Positions 1 through 9,272 of a stretch of 40,143 nt of DNA are shown in pieces. Each line of letters opens with the position of its first letter. Within the stretch, counting starts at the first letter, position 1. Both the position numbers and the translations under genes were made by a program. Under the pieces are notes generated by a model. The model searched no databases and was not told the DNA's origin. It saw nothing but the letters and a program-made list of their open reading frames with translations. Origin of the DNA: a virus; IMG/VR virus record IMGVR_UViG_3300027850_000001, positions 1 to 40,143 of that record; one strand, 5' to 3'.

Positions 1-127
1 AAAGACAACGTTCTCGATAACATAGATGTCAAGCAACTTGCTGAACTATATTTCAGAATATCGAAAGAGATAGCTGACTTCCAAGGTGAACTTTGGTGGT
101 CGTCCATCAAAATAATACCAACACGTA
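1..127. repeat. Terminal direct repeat, identical to 40017..40143. Most likely the assembly overlap of a circular or circularly permuted genome.
   Basis: Read directly: aaagacaacgttctcgataac...ataataccaacacgta occurs at both window ends. A 127-bp length is typical of a k-mer overlap. Confidence 0.95.
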
Positions 128-567
128 TTGCGAACTATTTCAGCGAGATGTGGTTTGGGTTTGTCATGATGTTACAACCTGTGAAGGTTATGTTCGTCAG
201 GTTTGCCGAACTGTTGTCAAACACTTTTCAACCCATTGTCGACGCCCTTCAAAACTTGACTGGTATGGGAAAACCACAAGCGGTCATAGCCGGGGTAGGC
301 GGTGAGGCAGTTCAAAATAGTAACCCAATAGTTCAAGGGCTTCAAGGTGCGGCTGATGCAACAGGTGGTTTGTTCAACAAAGTTTTCAACCGTGATGTCA
401 AACCATTGAAACAGCCTCCTAACAAAACCGAGAATAAGAAAGTAGCCTTCGCCCCAGTCGTGAATATAAATGCTACAACCAACTCAAGCGCGGGAGACAT
501 TGCATCGATGGTGTCAGATAGTCTTAACAACGCCTTTAACGAATATAGTAACGGACTGTTAACATAA
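1..567 (+). CDS. Tail tape measure protein, C-terminal part (continuation of 38790..40143 across the contig junction).
   Basis: Frame 1 is open from base 1 and is in frame with ATG 38790 once the 127-bp overlap is collapsed (...GELWWSSIKIIPTRIANYFSEMWFGF...). The joined protein is 597 aa. It lies between the tail chaperone and the baseplate genes. Stop TAA 565-567 overlaps the next ATG (TAATG). Confidence 0.7.
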   Translation, partial: KDNVLDNIDVKQLAELYFRISKEIADFQGELWWSSIKIIPTRIANYFSEMWFGFVMMLQPVKVMFVRFAELLSNTFQPIVDALQNLTGMGKPQAVIAGVGGEAVQNSNPIVQGLQGAADATGGLFNKVFNRDVKPLKQPPNKTENKKVAFAPVVNINATTNSSAGDIASMVSDSLNNAFNEYSNGLLT

Positions 568-1277
568 TGTATAACGCCAGACTAAGCAAGTTACAACGTC
601 TAGAAGTATCCCCAGTTTGGGCAACATTGAAGCGGTTAGATGGTGAAGGCGAATATGTCTTCCTTATCAACCCTTCAGTTTTTTCCGTTAGCGTTGCGAC
701 AGTAGTCAACACTTTCACCGTGTTAGGTCAGGGTAAAGCGAACATAAAACCTCAAACACAAAACACGTCTTTCAACTTGCCACTACTTCTAGCGACACCT
801 GGGAACGATAGAGACTTTTCGGATGACATAGCCTTACTAACAACTCTTAGTAAGTTGAAGCCCAATATGACGTTGCCAAGGTTGTCTTTCACTTACGGTT
901 CCTTTGAAGAACCCCTTTGCGTCATAAGTGCTTTTTCCTATTCAGTGCTTCAGTGGCGTGAAGGAAAACCAACTAGTGTGACGGGCGGGCTAACCATAGT
1001 CGGTTTTCAAGATGTCGACAAACCCGAACTGTTCAAAGAAGATGTTCCGGCTAAACCAAAAATAGCTTTATCGGCGCGGGAGCAAACTCGGTTAGCCGAA
1101 ATAATACGCGGTTTAGAGAGACGTGAAAAGTGGAACGATATTCGTATTGAAGGTGAAGGCATAACAGGTATCAACCGGGTTACGAAAAAGAGAGAGAAGA
1201 TAGCAAGCTTCAAAGACACTATTCGCATCGATGGTATGGTACAGTCATCAGTCGCACCGTTACCTACTACGCCTTAA
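567..1277 (+). CDS. Baseplate/tail-tip protein of unassigned function, in the position occupied by tube-initiator or Mu gp43-type proteins.
   Basis: 236-aa ORF translationally coupled to the tape measure stop. The call is from synteny only; I recognised no motif. Confidence 0.5.
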   Translation: MYNARLSKLQRLEVSPVWATLKRLDGEGEYVFLINPSVFSVSVATVVNTFTVLGQGKANIKPQTQNTSFNLPLLLATPGNDRDFSDDIALLTTLSKLKPNMTLPRLSFTYGSFEEPLCVISAFSYSVLQWREGKPTSVTGGLTIVGFQDVDKPELFKEDVPAKPKIALSAREQTRLAEIIRGLERREKWNDIRIEGEGITGINRVTKKREKIASFKDTIRIDGMVQSSVAPLPTTP

Positions 1278-1316
1278 ACAGGTTAGGGTTAGTAAACCAA
1301 AGCTAACCCAAACAAA

Positions 1317-1799
1317 ATGGCTCATAAACTATTCGATAGTATTTTGGCGGCGCAACGTGATGTGACTGAAGGAAAAGCACTTGGTCTGGAACTGGCAATA
1401 GTAACCGCGAATAATGACCCATTACAACTAAACCGTATTAAGGTCACGACTGCCGCGCGGGGTGCTTTGAGTGAGACTGACTGGTTATATAACATCAGCT
1501 TGGCAAGTGGCTATAGTGTGACAAAGCCAACTATAGGTAGTACTGTCGTCATAGGTTATTTGGATGCTAACCCTCACACTCCGGTTTACCTTGGAACACT
1601 TCACAACCAACTGAACCCGCCTAACCCCGGCTTCACTGTCATACTTGATAACGAACAACCTACCGAGACTTTCCGCGTCCAGTGCGGTTCAATGACCCTA
1701 ACCGTCGATAGTACTGGTGTTCGCATCAATGGCAAGTTGGTAGCTGTTGTCGGAAGTATAGATAGTAGGTCTGACACTATTGTTACGGCAAACCAGTAA
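1317..1799 (+). CDS. Baseplate central spike/plug protein, P2 gpV-like.
   Basis: 160 aa. The OB-fold-type stretch GSTVVIGYLDANPHTPVYLGTLHN resembles the gpV/VgrG core. Position is between the tape measure and gpW/gpJ-like genes. Confidence 0.6.
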   Translation: MAHKLFDSILAAQRDVTEGKALGLELAIVTANNDPLQLNRIKVTTAARGALSETDWLYNISLASGYSVTKPTIGSTVVIGYLDANPHTPVYLGTLHNQLNPPNPGFTVILDNEQPTETFRVQCGSMTLTVDSTGVRINGKLVAVVGSIDSRSDTIVTANQ

Positions 1800-1804
1800 T
1801 AGTG

Positions 1805-1813
1805 TGTTATACT
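1805..1813 (+). promoter_or_regulatory. Extended -10 promoter TGTTATACT for the 1845..2147 gene.
   Basis: Same TGTTAnnAT class as the minus-strand early promoters, followed by a purine-rich leader AAAAGAAGAAACACACAAGGG and the ATG at 1845. Confidence 0.5.
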
Positions 1814-1844
1814 AAAAGAAGAAACACACAAGGGACTGAAAAAT

Positions 1845-2147
1845 ATGACACGACCAACTATTGTTTGTCTTTGCGGGTCAACCAAGTTCAAGACAACCTT
1901 TGAACAGGCTAACCGTGACGAAACATTACTTGGAAAGATAGTAGTCGGTGTTGCCGTCTTTGGACATATTGACGGCGTTGACCCGGAGGCTAAACTACTT
2001 CTAGACGAACTTCACTTTCATAAGATAGACTTGGCAGATGAGATACTGGTACTAAATGTCGGAGGGTACATAGGGTTTAGTACGGCGCGGGAAATAGCCT
2101 ACGCCACTTCAAAGTCAAAGGTCATCAGATATCTTGAAGCCATTTAG
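1845..2147 (+). CDS. Moron-like small protein, possibly of the nucleoside 2-deoxyribosyltransferase-like (Rossmann-type) family.
   Basis: 100 aa. It has N-terminal IVCLCGSTKF and C-terminal KIDLADEILVLNVGGYIGFSTAREIAYA. From memory these resemble a small family widespread in phages. The gene has its own promoter and terminator inside the baseplate operon. Confidence 0.45.
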   Translation: MTRPTIVCLCGSTKFKTTFEQANRDETLLGKIVVGVAVFGHIDGVDPEAKLLLDELHFHKIDLADEILVLNVGGYIGFSTAREIAYATSKSKVIRYLEAI

Positions 2148-2169
2148 TTTTCAAACCATAGAACATATT

Positions 2170-2200
2170 AAAGATAGCAAACTGAACGCTATCTTTTTTT
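2170..2200 (+). terminator. Rho-independent terminator.
   Basis: Stem AGATAGC (2172-2178) pairs with GCTATCT (2188-2194), extendable by two A-T pairs, with a 9-nt loop. A run of seven T follows (2194-2200) and directly abuts ATG 2201. Confidence 0.7.
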
Positions 2201-2521
2201 ATGCTTTACAAATATCCTATTGAAGCAAAGGGCGGTGACATCGTATTGCATGATGACTATAACACTGCCATCCAAGATGCTATTCGACACTGCCTTATGA
2301 CCGAGTTAGAAGAACGTGTCCTACGCCCCGAATATGGTTTAGCCGATGTTCTTTTCGCAGGTAGTAACCTGACTGACCTAAGCACTTTGGTTAGGAAAAC
2401 ACTTGACATAGGTCTGAATGGGTTCAACGTTATTTACAGTGCTACCGTCACTTTCAATGAGGATGGACGGTTAGACGTGGTTGTTTTGTTTGACGATAAT
2501 AAGGTGGTAATAACTGTATGA
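2201..2521 (+). CDS. Baseplate wedge protein, gpW/gp25-like.
   Basis: 106 aa. DAIRHCLMTELEERVLRPEYGLADVLFAG matches the gp25/GpW signature (..L.T..GER...P.YG). ATGA overlap with the next gene. Confidence 0.7.
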   Translation: MLYKYPIEAKGGDIVLHDDYNTAIQDAIRHCLMTELEERVLRPEYGLADVLFAGSNLTDLSTLVRKTLDIGLNGFNVIYSATVTFNEDGRLDVVVLFDDNKVVITV

Positions 2522-3660
2522 CTATTCCAAAGCTAGTACTTGACCCGCGCAATGATGAAGAACTTTTAGAACAGGCTTACCTCCGGGTTAGTAACGCCAG
2601 TGCCGGAACCTTGAACGCGAGTCAGCCGGGGTCAGCCCTGATGGCACTCTTAGAAGGTCAAACATATCTTACGGCGGAACTGCTTTGGTATGTCAACCTA
2701 CTGCCTGAAGCGTTGGCTATCGAAGTGATGCGACTAACCGGAGTGGAACGTGTTTTGTCAACCGTTGCGACAGGTTCTTTTCTCGTAACTTTGTCGACAG
2801 TCTTAGGTTCATCTTTTGTTCTTTCTGAAGGAACTATCTTAGGTAGTTATGTCACAACTGAGACGATGGTTATCAGTGCTGGTGGGGTTAGCGCGTCAGT
2901 TGCCATTGCCGCCTTACAACCGGGTAGTCAGGGTAATGCCGTAGCTTACAGTATAAACCTGGGAGCCGTGACAACATACGTCCAAGCTGTCTTCAATGAT
3001 GAGGCGATAACAGGCGGTTCAGATCTGGAAACACTTGAAGACTATTTAGTTCGGGTTCAGGCAAGCCTACGCATTAGAGACACCTTAGTCACGGAAGAAG
3101 ACTATACGTCAGCCGCAACAACTTTAGCCGGAGGAACCGGGATAGCTGTCTCAACTTGTTTCCCGCTTATTGCCGCCAATAGGAGTACTAAAGAAGTTGG
3201 TAACGCCCATGTGTTTGTTGCCTACAAAGACTTGACTATTCCGTCTGAAGTTTCCCTTTACAACATTCAGACCTTGCTTCAAGAGAGGTGTTATATTGCG
3301 TCTTCAGTTTGGGTTAGTGCGGCAACATATCTTGCCATCGAACTTGACATAGTAGTGCAAACCGCGTCTTTACAAGAAAGTATCGCCGATAATGTTTTCG
3401 ACGCTTTGAAGGTTTACATAGCACCTGGCGAATATGAAATAGGGTCAACACTTGCCATCAATGAACTGGAATATATTACACGGACAGTGACAGGTGTTAA
3501 CCGCGTTACGTCACTTTTCTTGAATAGTGGTGCGTTGAACCTGGGGATGCCGTCTTTTTATTCCTATCCAAAACTAGACGGACTGACCATCACTTTAGTC
3601 GATAATATAGGGCGTAGTGTGACCTATTACCGTGGGTTAGGTGACGGTGATACCGTTTAG
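2518..3660 (+). CDS. Baseplate protein, gpJ-like.
   Basis: 380 aa, immediately after and translationally coupled to the gpW-like gene. Size and position are typical of Baseplate_J proteins. Confidence 0.65.
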   Translation: MTIPKLVLDPRNDEELLEQAYLRVSNASAGTLNASQPGSALMALLEGQTYLTAELLWYVNLLPEALAIEVMRLTGVERVLSTVATGSFLVTLSTVLGSSFVLSEGTILGSYVTTETMVISAGGVSASVAIAALQPGSQGNAVAYSINLGAVTTYVQAVFNDEAITGGSDLETLEDYLVRVQASLRIRDTLVTEEDYTSAATTLAGGTGIAVSTCFPLIAANRSTKEVGNAHVFVAYKDLTIPSEVSLYNIQTLLQERCYIASSVWVSAATYLAIELDIVVQTASLQESIADNVFDALKVYIAPGEYEIGSTLAINELEYITRTVTGVNRVTSLFLNSGALNLGMPSFYSYPKLDGLTITLVDNIGRSVTYYRGLGDGDTV

Positions 3661-4025
3661 TCATCTCCTAAGTTGTCATATCGGTGAGGGCTACGATAAA
3701 CACTTTCAGACTTAGTATGACTGCTAGCCTCATCTACCTTTACCAATATCTCTTTGATAAGCTTGTTATTTTCCGTCGAAGTTTCTTTGACGACATCTAA
3801 CAGGCTTATCTGTTTTCTAACATACTCGGTGAAGTAAGTCGAGAATGCCTCCCGCGCTTTAGCCGTTGCTATCCATACTACAACACCTGCGAGTACTATC
3901 GCCCAAAGTCCACTTTTTATTTCTGTCGCAACATCACCGAAAGATGGAGTACCTTGGTTTGAAGAAGGTACTACCACCCTTTGTTCCGTTGCCACATTAG
4001 ACACCTCCGAGATATGATGTGTCAT
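3657..4025 (-). CDS. Small single-pass membrane protein, last gene of the minus-strand fibre operon.
   Basis: 122 aa with one hydrophobic helix (SGLWAIVLAGVVVWIATA) and a charged C-terminal half. Its stop overlaps the stop of the convergent gpJ-like gene. Confidence 0.5.
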   Translation of the reverse strand: MTHHISEVSNVATEQRVVVPSSNQGTPSFGDVATEIKSGLWAIVLAGVVVWIATAKAREAFSTYFTEYVRKQISLLDVVKETSTENNKLIKEILVKVDEASSHTKSESVYRSPHRYDNLGDD

Positions 4026-4061
4026 GTAACATTTAGCCTGACTTGGATATATCTAACCTGT

Positions 4062-4505
4062 TTAAGGCGTAGGGTTATTCTCTAACTCTTGAGTCACCCT
4101 CATTGCAATAAGGGCGTCACGAATATCGTCAACCTGATAACCCGCGCCTCCGGTGTAACCAACGTTCTCCATGTAGGCGGCAAACTTGGCTAAAGCTATC
4201 AAGGCGGCTTTGGTCTGGTTGAAGTTTGCTATATGCTCACAGTACTGAATGAACCGGAGTCCGTTAGGAATAAATGGCGGGACATAAGGTTTGACCTTTG
4301 CTTCAGTCACCTGATGTGTAAAGTTCCAGTTGAATATAAAGTCAGGGTTTACGAGAACTGTCCCGTCTAAGGCGTAGGCTTGGAAAAAGTTCGCAGGCTT
4401 GTCAGCTAGTAAACCAACTGCTACGCCTTCAAGAGTGTAGACATAAACTTCAAACTCTTCTATCACATAAGAAAAAAAGTACCGAGTGTAACCGACTATT
4501 TCCAC
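4062..4505 (-). CDS. Hypothetical protein, possible tail-fibre assembly or accessory protein.
   Basis: 147-aa ORF directly downstream of the two fibre genes. The call is from position only. Confidence 0.4.
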   Translation of the reverse strand: MEIVGYTRYFFSYVIEEFEVYVYTLEGVAVGLLADKPANFFQAYALDGTVLVNPDFIFNWNFTHQVTEAKVKPYVPPFIPNGLRFIQYCEHIANFNQTKAALIALAKFAAYMENVGYTGGAGYQVDDIRDALIAMRVTQELENNPTP

Positions 4506-4514
4506 GAAACATCC

Positions 4515-5951
4515 TTACCCAATGGGTATAAAGTTTAATGTGATAAGACGTCCAACAGTGCTTTGACCACGGACATAGGTTAGGTTAGGAACCGTACCAG
4601 TAACTGTGATACCAGCACTAGCACCTGCGAAAGAACCGCCTGATGGTGGTGTGTACCAGTTAGGCATCGTCCAAGTGTTTGTACCAGCAGCAGTACCTCC
4701 GGCGGGTGTTCCACTGAAGCCACCTTGTAAGTCGATAGTTGCTCCGGTTGTGTTTATTGATGGCGCTCCCAATACGATAAAACCACCGGAACCGCCAAAG
4801 CCGCCGCCTATCAAACCGACAGATGTTCCTAAGCCATTTGAGATAGCAGCACCACCTTGACCACCTTGAACCGATAAAATAGTTGCGCCACCTAATGTAA
4901 TGGATATGGTACTTGATAGTCGGATAAGACCGCCTGACCCCGCGCCACTTCCGGATACTAAACAGTTTGCACCACCGCCAGCACCTGACACCGGGTTCTT
5001 TGCCGCGTTAGCACCGCCAATATCACCGTTACCACCTTGCGCGAAAATGACACCTGTTACGGTAATAGTGCCAGCCGCGTCTATCCAAAGACAACCGCCG
5101 CCACCGCCACCTGGTGCTGACCAAAACCAACTTGCTCCGGGTGCATAAGCGATACAACCATTACCACCTGTTCCAAAGGGTTGAGCGCTATAAGGATAAG
5201 CCGCGCCAGATGTTCCTAAGCCTTGACCCGCACCAGCCGATAAGACAGTGCCCGCGCCGATATCATAAGCCAAAGGCGCACAACCTCTCGCAGCCGGAGT
5301 AACAGTTATTTGACCTGATATGTCAACGTTACCCGAACATATAATACGGGCAAAGGCGGAAACAGTAACTAACACTCCACTTGGTACTGTGAAGTTGCGG
5401 TAGTAGTATTCGCCGTCTGCCAAGGTTATCCCGTTAGTTGCCGTAAAGTCAGTTGTCGATGAACCTCCGAAAGTTCGGATAACATTAGCCTGTGGTTGAA
5501 CTTGTCTATGACCTACGTCACGCAAGTCGGTGACAGATGATATGATGCCACCTGATGCAATAACAAAAGCTATCAGGCGTCTCACAACAGGTGGTGTTGT
5601 TCCAGATGTGATAACACCTAAGCTATCGGCAAAGATGAAAGTACTAGCGTTATTCGGAACGACGATGTTTTGTGTTGGCTTCAATAGGTTCACTCCGGTA
5701 GGTAGTACCAAAGTACCCGCCGCGATATTGACGGTCAAACCTGAAACTACTGTCGGAAGAAAAGCGTCTGCAATATTGCCAACTCTAGCTTTGATGTTGC
5801 CCGCCACATTAGAAAGACTATCATCTGTCAACCTTGCCTTATGACCTAGATAAGACGTCTGGTCATCAAACACTTGGTTGAAGGCTAGGGTAGCAAGGTC
5901 AGCGATAAAATAGTCACCATCAGTAAAGGGCGTATTTGGATATAAAACCAT
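4515..5951 (-). CDS. Glycine-rich tail fibre / receptor-binding-like protein.
   Basis: 478 aa. The C-terminal two thirds are rich in Gly repeats (GGGGGCLWIDAAGTITVTG, GGNGDIGG, GGSGGFIVLG). It follows the collar-domain fibre gene. Confidence 0.55.
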   Translation of the reverse strand: MVLYPNTPFTDGDYFIADLATLAFNQVFDDQTSYLGHKARLTDDSLSNVAGNIKARVGNIADAFLPTVVSGLTVNIAAGTLVLPTGVNLLKPTQNIVVPNNASTFIFADSLGVITSGTTPPVVRRLIAFVIASGGIISSVTDLRDVGHRQVQPQANVIRTFGGSSTTDFTATNGITLADGEYYYRNFTVPSGVLVTVSAFARIICSGNVDISGQITVTPAARGCAPLAYDIGAGTVLSAGAGQGLGTSGAAYPYSAQPFGTGGNGCIAYAPGASWFWSAPGGGGGGCLWIDAAGTITVTGVIFAQGGNGDIGGANAAKNPVSGAGGGANCLVSGSGAGSGGLIRLSSTISITLGGATILSVQGGQGGAAISNGLGTSVGLIGGGFGGSGGFIVLGAPSINTTGATIDLQGGFSGTPAGGTAAGTNTWTMPNWYTPPSGGSFAGASAGITVTGTVPNLTYVRGQSTVGRLITLNFIPIG

Positions 5952-5990
5952 GACAACCTACTCTTTTGTTTTCTGCTGACCTTACTCTGT

Positions 5991-7400
5991 TTAACCCGTG
6001 TACATTATGTAGTTTAATGACAAATACGTGTTATTCATGTTAAACGCGGTTCCACTACCTTGAGAGTTTATACCGTGGGTGTGACTGTTATAACGGCTAG
6101 TACCACCCGCCGTTGTTACACGTCCTACGCCTTGTGTTGCTACACCTACCCCAGTATAGTTCCAAGCCACGTCATCTGATGCCACTTCGTTAGGTGTTAT
6201 TGTTGCGCCACCGTGGTTATGTGCTGGCATGTTTGCTACTGATAGTGTTGTTGTTGGAGAACCGCCACTAGTCCCTACGCTAAGTACTGTTGTGTTTCTC
6301 GCAGCAGCACCCGTAAAGGCGGAAGTATCAGGTTGAAAAATAACCCTACCCCTAAGGTCTGGCACTCGGAAGTTAGTAGCATCTTCACCACCGGAACTGA
6401 TATTATATTGCGTTCCGATAACCCCGAACAAAGCTAGAAAAGATGTCCGAACTAAAAGACGTCCGTCACAAATACACCATCCAGTCGGAGCGACACCACC
6501 CGCGTAAGCTATGATGGAACCGACTTGAATAGCTGCTAACCTGATACCCGCCACTTCACTTTGGACAAAGGCAGTGGTCGCTATTGATGTCGTGTTGTTA
6601 CCAGCCACCGGGTTAGTATTCAAAGACGCGGTTGTTAAGGTAGCTCCGGTTAAAGGTGCATACCCCGCCAGTTCCGCCTTAGTTGCCAATAGTTCGACGA
6701 TGTTACGGACTGCATTCCGACTTGGTGCGTCTAGTTCTCCTAACCAGTTTGTCGCATTGTAAACCAAGTCATTACCGGAAGTGCCTGTACCTGTTGCACC
6801 CCGCGCACCCATTGGAAACCAGACGGTTACATCAGTTGTCAAAACACCTACCACTTGAACCGGGCTTTTATTTAGGAAAGATGACCCATCCAAAGTTACC
6901 AAGTCACCCCTTATGTAAGCTGTCAATGGGTTGAAAACACCTTTAACATTGAACAGGTTTTGTCGGAGGATAAACCAGAAACTGTCATTGTAAAATAGCC
7001 TACGCGCTAAAGCGACAAAAGACGCGTCACTGTTATCTTCAAAAATACCGTTAGTCGCACTCAGACTGTCTAAGGTTATTGTGACAATACTAGCCGGAAC
7101 TATCGACGTGAAAGTGTTCAACGTTACCAACTGCGTGTAAGCTGGCGTGGGAGGCGTTGTTGTGTTGTCGATAGGGATATCGGTACTTTCTACCACTTCA
7201 AAGATGTAAGGTACGTTCACCCCGTCTGTAGCCGCCAAGGTCATCGAAACGTTACCAGACACTAAGTCATATTTTTGGACTGATGGCAATAGCATTAAGT
7301 CGTCGACAACTGTTGCGCGTGACAAGGTAACGTTTATGTAACCGACAACCGGGATGTTACCCGCTTTTCTGATAGAAGCTGAAACTGTTGTGTTTGGCAT
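5991..7400 (-). CDS. Tail fibre protein with a phage tail-collar-type C-terminal domain.
   Basis: 469 aa with WCICDGRLL...FLALFGVIGTQYN...FRVPDLRGRV, the pattern of the phage tail collar domain. It directly follows the gpI-like gene. Confidence 0.7.
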   Translation of the reverse strand: MPNTTVSASIRKAGNIPVVGYINVTLSRATVVDDLMLLPSVQKYDLVSGNVSMTLAATDGVNVPYIFEVVESTDIPIDNTTTPPTPAYTQLVTLNTFTSIVPASIVTITLDSLSATNGIFEDNSDASFVALARRLFYNDSFWFILRQNLFNVKGVFNPLTAYIRGDLVTLDGSSFLNKSPVQVVGVLTTDVTVWFPMGARGATGTGTSGNDLVYNATNWLGELDAPSRNAVRNIVELLATKAELAGYAPLTGATLTTASLNTNPVAGNNTTSIATTAFVQSEVAGIRLAAIQVGSIIAYAGGVAPTGWCICDGRLLVRTSFLALFGVIGTQYNISSGGEDATNFRVPDLRGRVIFQPDTSAFTGAAARNTTVLSVGTSGGSPTTTLSVANMPAHNHGGATITPNEVASDDVAWNYTGVGVATQGVGRVTTAGGTSRYNSHTHGINSQGSGTAFNMNNTYLSLNYIMYTG

Positions 7401-7401
7401 A

Positions 7402-7971
7402 TTAATAGAATACAGGTTCTCCTAAAACCGAATAACCAAGAATAAAGGCGTTATAGCAAACCTTACTTTCGACGACTGTCGGACTGAAGTTCTTTATCGT
7501 TCTTTCAGCTTCACGCCATTGTGTCGAAACACGGGCGTATGTTATAGGAAGTCGGATATAATATTTCAGGCTTTTCTTTGAGAACAAACCAGGGATGACA
7601 AAGGGTATCGTTAAGTTGGTTTGCATCCACATGTCATATTGGATAGCATGAAAACCTAACACTTTCCGAATAGTTGCTTCAGTACCTTTGTTCCGCCATA
7701 AAGAATGTGCCTCTGTGATAAAGGCACGCTTCACACCTACTGACCAACTGTTATCCCAATACGCACCACTAAAACCGACTAGGTAAGCTAGATAGTCTAA
7801 ATAGCTATTCGGAGCCGTCGACGGTGTTAGGTTTGCTGTCATCGACTGTAACAAGGTAGCCAAGTCACTATAGTCTTTGTCGACTGAAGCACATAAAGCT
7901 ATTACAGTCTCGTTAGTCTGATAACCCTCATAAGGTAGCTTTTCCAATAATGGGTTTGAAGAGTACGGCAT
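7402..7971 (-). CDS. Baseplate/tail protein, P2 gpI-like.
   Basis: 189 aa. YLDYLAYLVGFSGAYWDNSWSVGVKRAFITEAHSLWRNKGTEATIRKVL resembles the gpI signature (LA...W....KR......L.R.KGT). It precedes the fibre genes as in P2, but on the strand opposite to gpJ. Confidence 0.6.
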   Translation of the reverse strand: MPYSSNPLLEKLPYEGYQTNETVIALCASVDKDYSDLATLLQSMTANLTPSTAPNSYLDYLAYLVGFSGAYWDNSWSVGVKRAFITEAHSLWRNKGTEATIRKVLGFHAIQYDMWMQTNLTIPFVIPGLFSKKSLKYYIRLPITYARVSTQWREAERTIKNFSPTVVESKVCYNAFILGYSVLGEPVFY

Positions 7972-8009
7972 AGTCCTATTTTTGTGTTGCTAACCATACT
8001 CTGTCGTTT

Positions 8010-9272
8010 TCAAAGCGTAGGCTTTTTCCGGGCAATGGCATATCGGATAGCATCTGTCATGTGGTCTTTTTGACCCGGTGCTATGACCTGTGTTACCGTT
8101 CCATCCCGCGCCGTAGCGTAACGATATGCTAGCAACTCGCTATAGGCTTCTTTCCCGGCATAGGACTTGAACCCCGGCAAGCTGGCAACTGTCGTCGAGA
8201 TGATAAACCGCTTTTGATATATCAAACTGTGAACCTGGGATATACCTTCTGCAATGGGGTTGTAACCTGCGATCGCAGGAACGTCAGCACGCATCTGTAA
8301 TATTTGGCTAGGTCTACTAGGGTCACAAAAGAATGCCTTAGGGTGGTAACGGTTATTCAAAGCCCTGACAACTTGCATGAAGTCTTCAAACAAGATAGGC
8401 TTTTCAGTCTGGTTATACCACCCATTCACGAGAACATATTGTTCCTCACCTTCAACATTCTTATGGACGCCGAAAACCACTACTGCCGGGTTTATGTCAC
8501 CAAAGTCACAACCCGCAATATAGTGCGAATATTCGATAGCATCCCCGCCCGGTAGTAGGTTGTCTTCTTCCAGTTCCGTGTAAACCCTACCTTGGAACTC
8601 GATAAAGGAGGCGCACATCTCTTGCTGAAATGTTCTAGGAGGCATAGTCTTTTGCATCCTCTCTATTTCACTCCGACTGATGTGAGGGTTGTCAGCAGTT
8701 GTTTGCGTGAAAGACTTCCATGCTTTGTCTTCCAGTTCCCTCATAAAAGCGTGGTAAAGGATGTTCAACTTACCCTTTGGCGTACCAGTCAGCATTAGGG
8801 TACTGTAAGGTGTATCAGCCATTGCGGGCATGATAACATCGTCTAGCACTGACGCATTGAAGTCTTGATATTCGTCACCACTGAAATAGTATATTCTTTG
8901 ACCACGTAACCCATCGCCATTGCTATCGTTAGCACCCACTATCTGAATGGATGGTTTTCCATATTTCGGAACTAACAACATCTGGGAACGGTTGATGTAT
9001 TCAAAGTGGTCTTTGAAGGTTGTCGTAGCTAAAGACAGTAAAGGCTTCCATAATATCTTCCGGGCTTGCACTGCCGTCGGTAAGGCTCCTAACACCATCT
9101 CCGGTGAAACAGGGTCAACCTTACCCTTGAAGCCTAGTGACTTAAGAATAAGGTTATATGTTACTGACCTACTTTTGCCCCACCTCCTACCCATCACTGC
9201 TACTTTATAACGGTGTGGGTCAGTTAGTAGGGTCATCTGCCCGGCATGTAGTGGTACTAATATTTCAGGCAT
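8010..9272 (-). CDS. Terminase large subunit.
   Basis: 420 aa. Walker A-like VMGRRWGKSRS, MLTGTPKG, and C-terminal nuclease-type acidic motifs (GCDFGDINPAVVV, KDHMTDAIRYA). Confidence 0.8.
   Translation of the reverse strand: MPEILVPLHAGQMTLLTDPHRYKVAVMGRRWGKSRSVTYNLILKSLGFKGKVDPVSPEMVLGALPTAVQARKILWKPLLSLATTTFKDHFEYINRSQMLLVPKYGKPSIQIVGANDSNGDGLRGQRIYYFSGDEYQDFNASVLDDVIMPAMADTPYSTLMLTGTPKGKLNILYHAFMRELEDKAWKSFTQTTADNPHISRSEIERMQKTMPPRTFQQEMCASFIEFQGRVYTELEEDNLLPGGDAIEYSHYIAGCDFGDINPAVVVFGVHKNVEGEEQYVLVNGWYNQTEKPILFEDFMQVVRALNNRYHPKAFFCDPSRPSQILQMRADVPAIAGYNPIAEGISQVHSLIYQKRFIISTTVASLPGFKSYAGKEAYSELLAYRYATARDGTVTQVIAPGQKDHMTDAIRYAIARKKPTL

Noticed and set aside
93-305. 70-aa ORF at the window start.
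   Set aside because: It is out of frame inside the tape measure gene.
4606-5302. Pro-rich plus-strand ORFs (84, 82 and 62 aa), plus 5530..5844.
   Set aside because: They are antisense shadows of the Gly-rich fibre gene (GGN codons read as NCC). They have low complexity and no start context.
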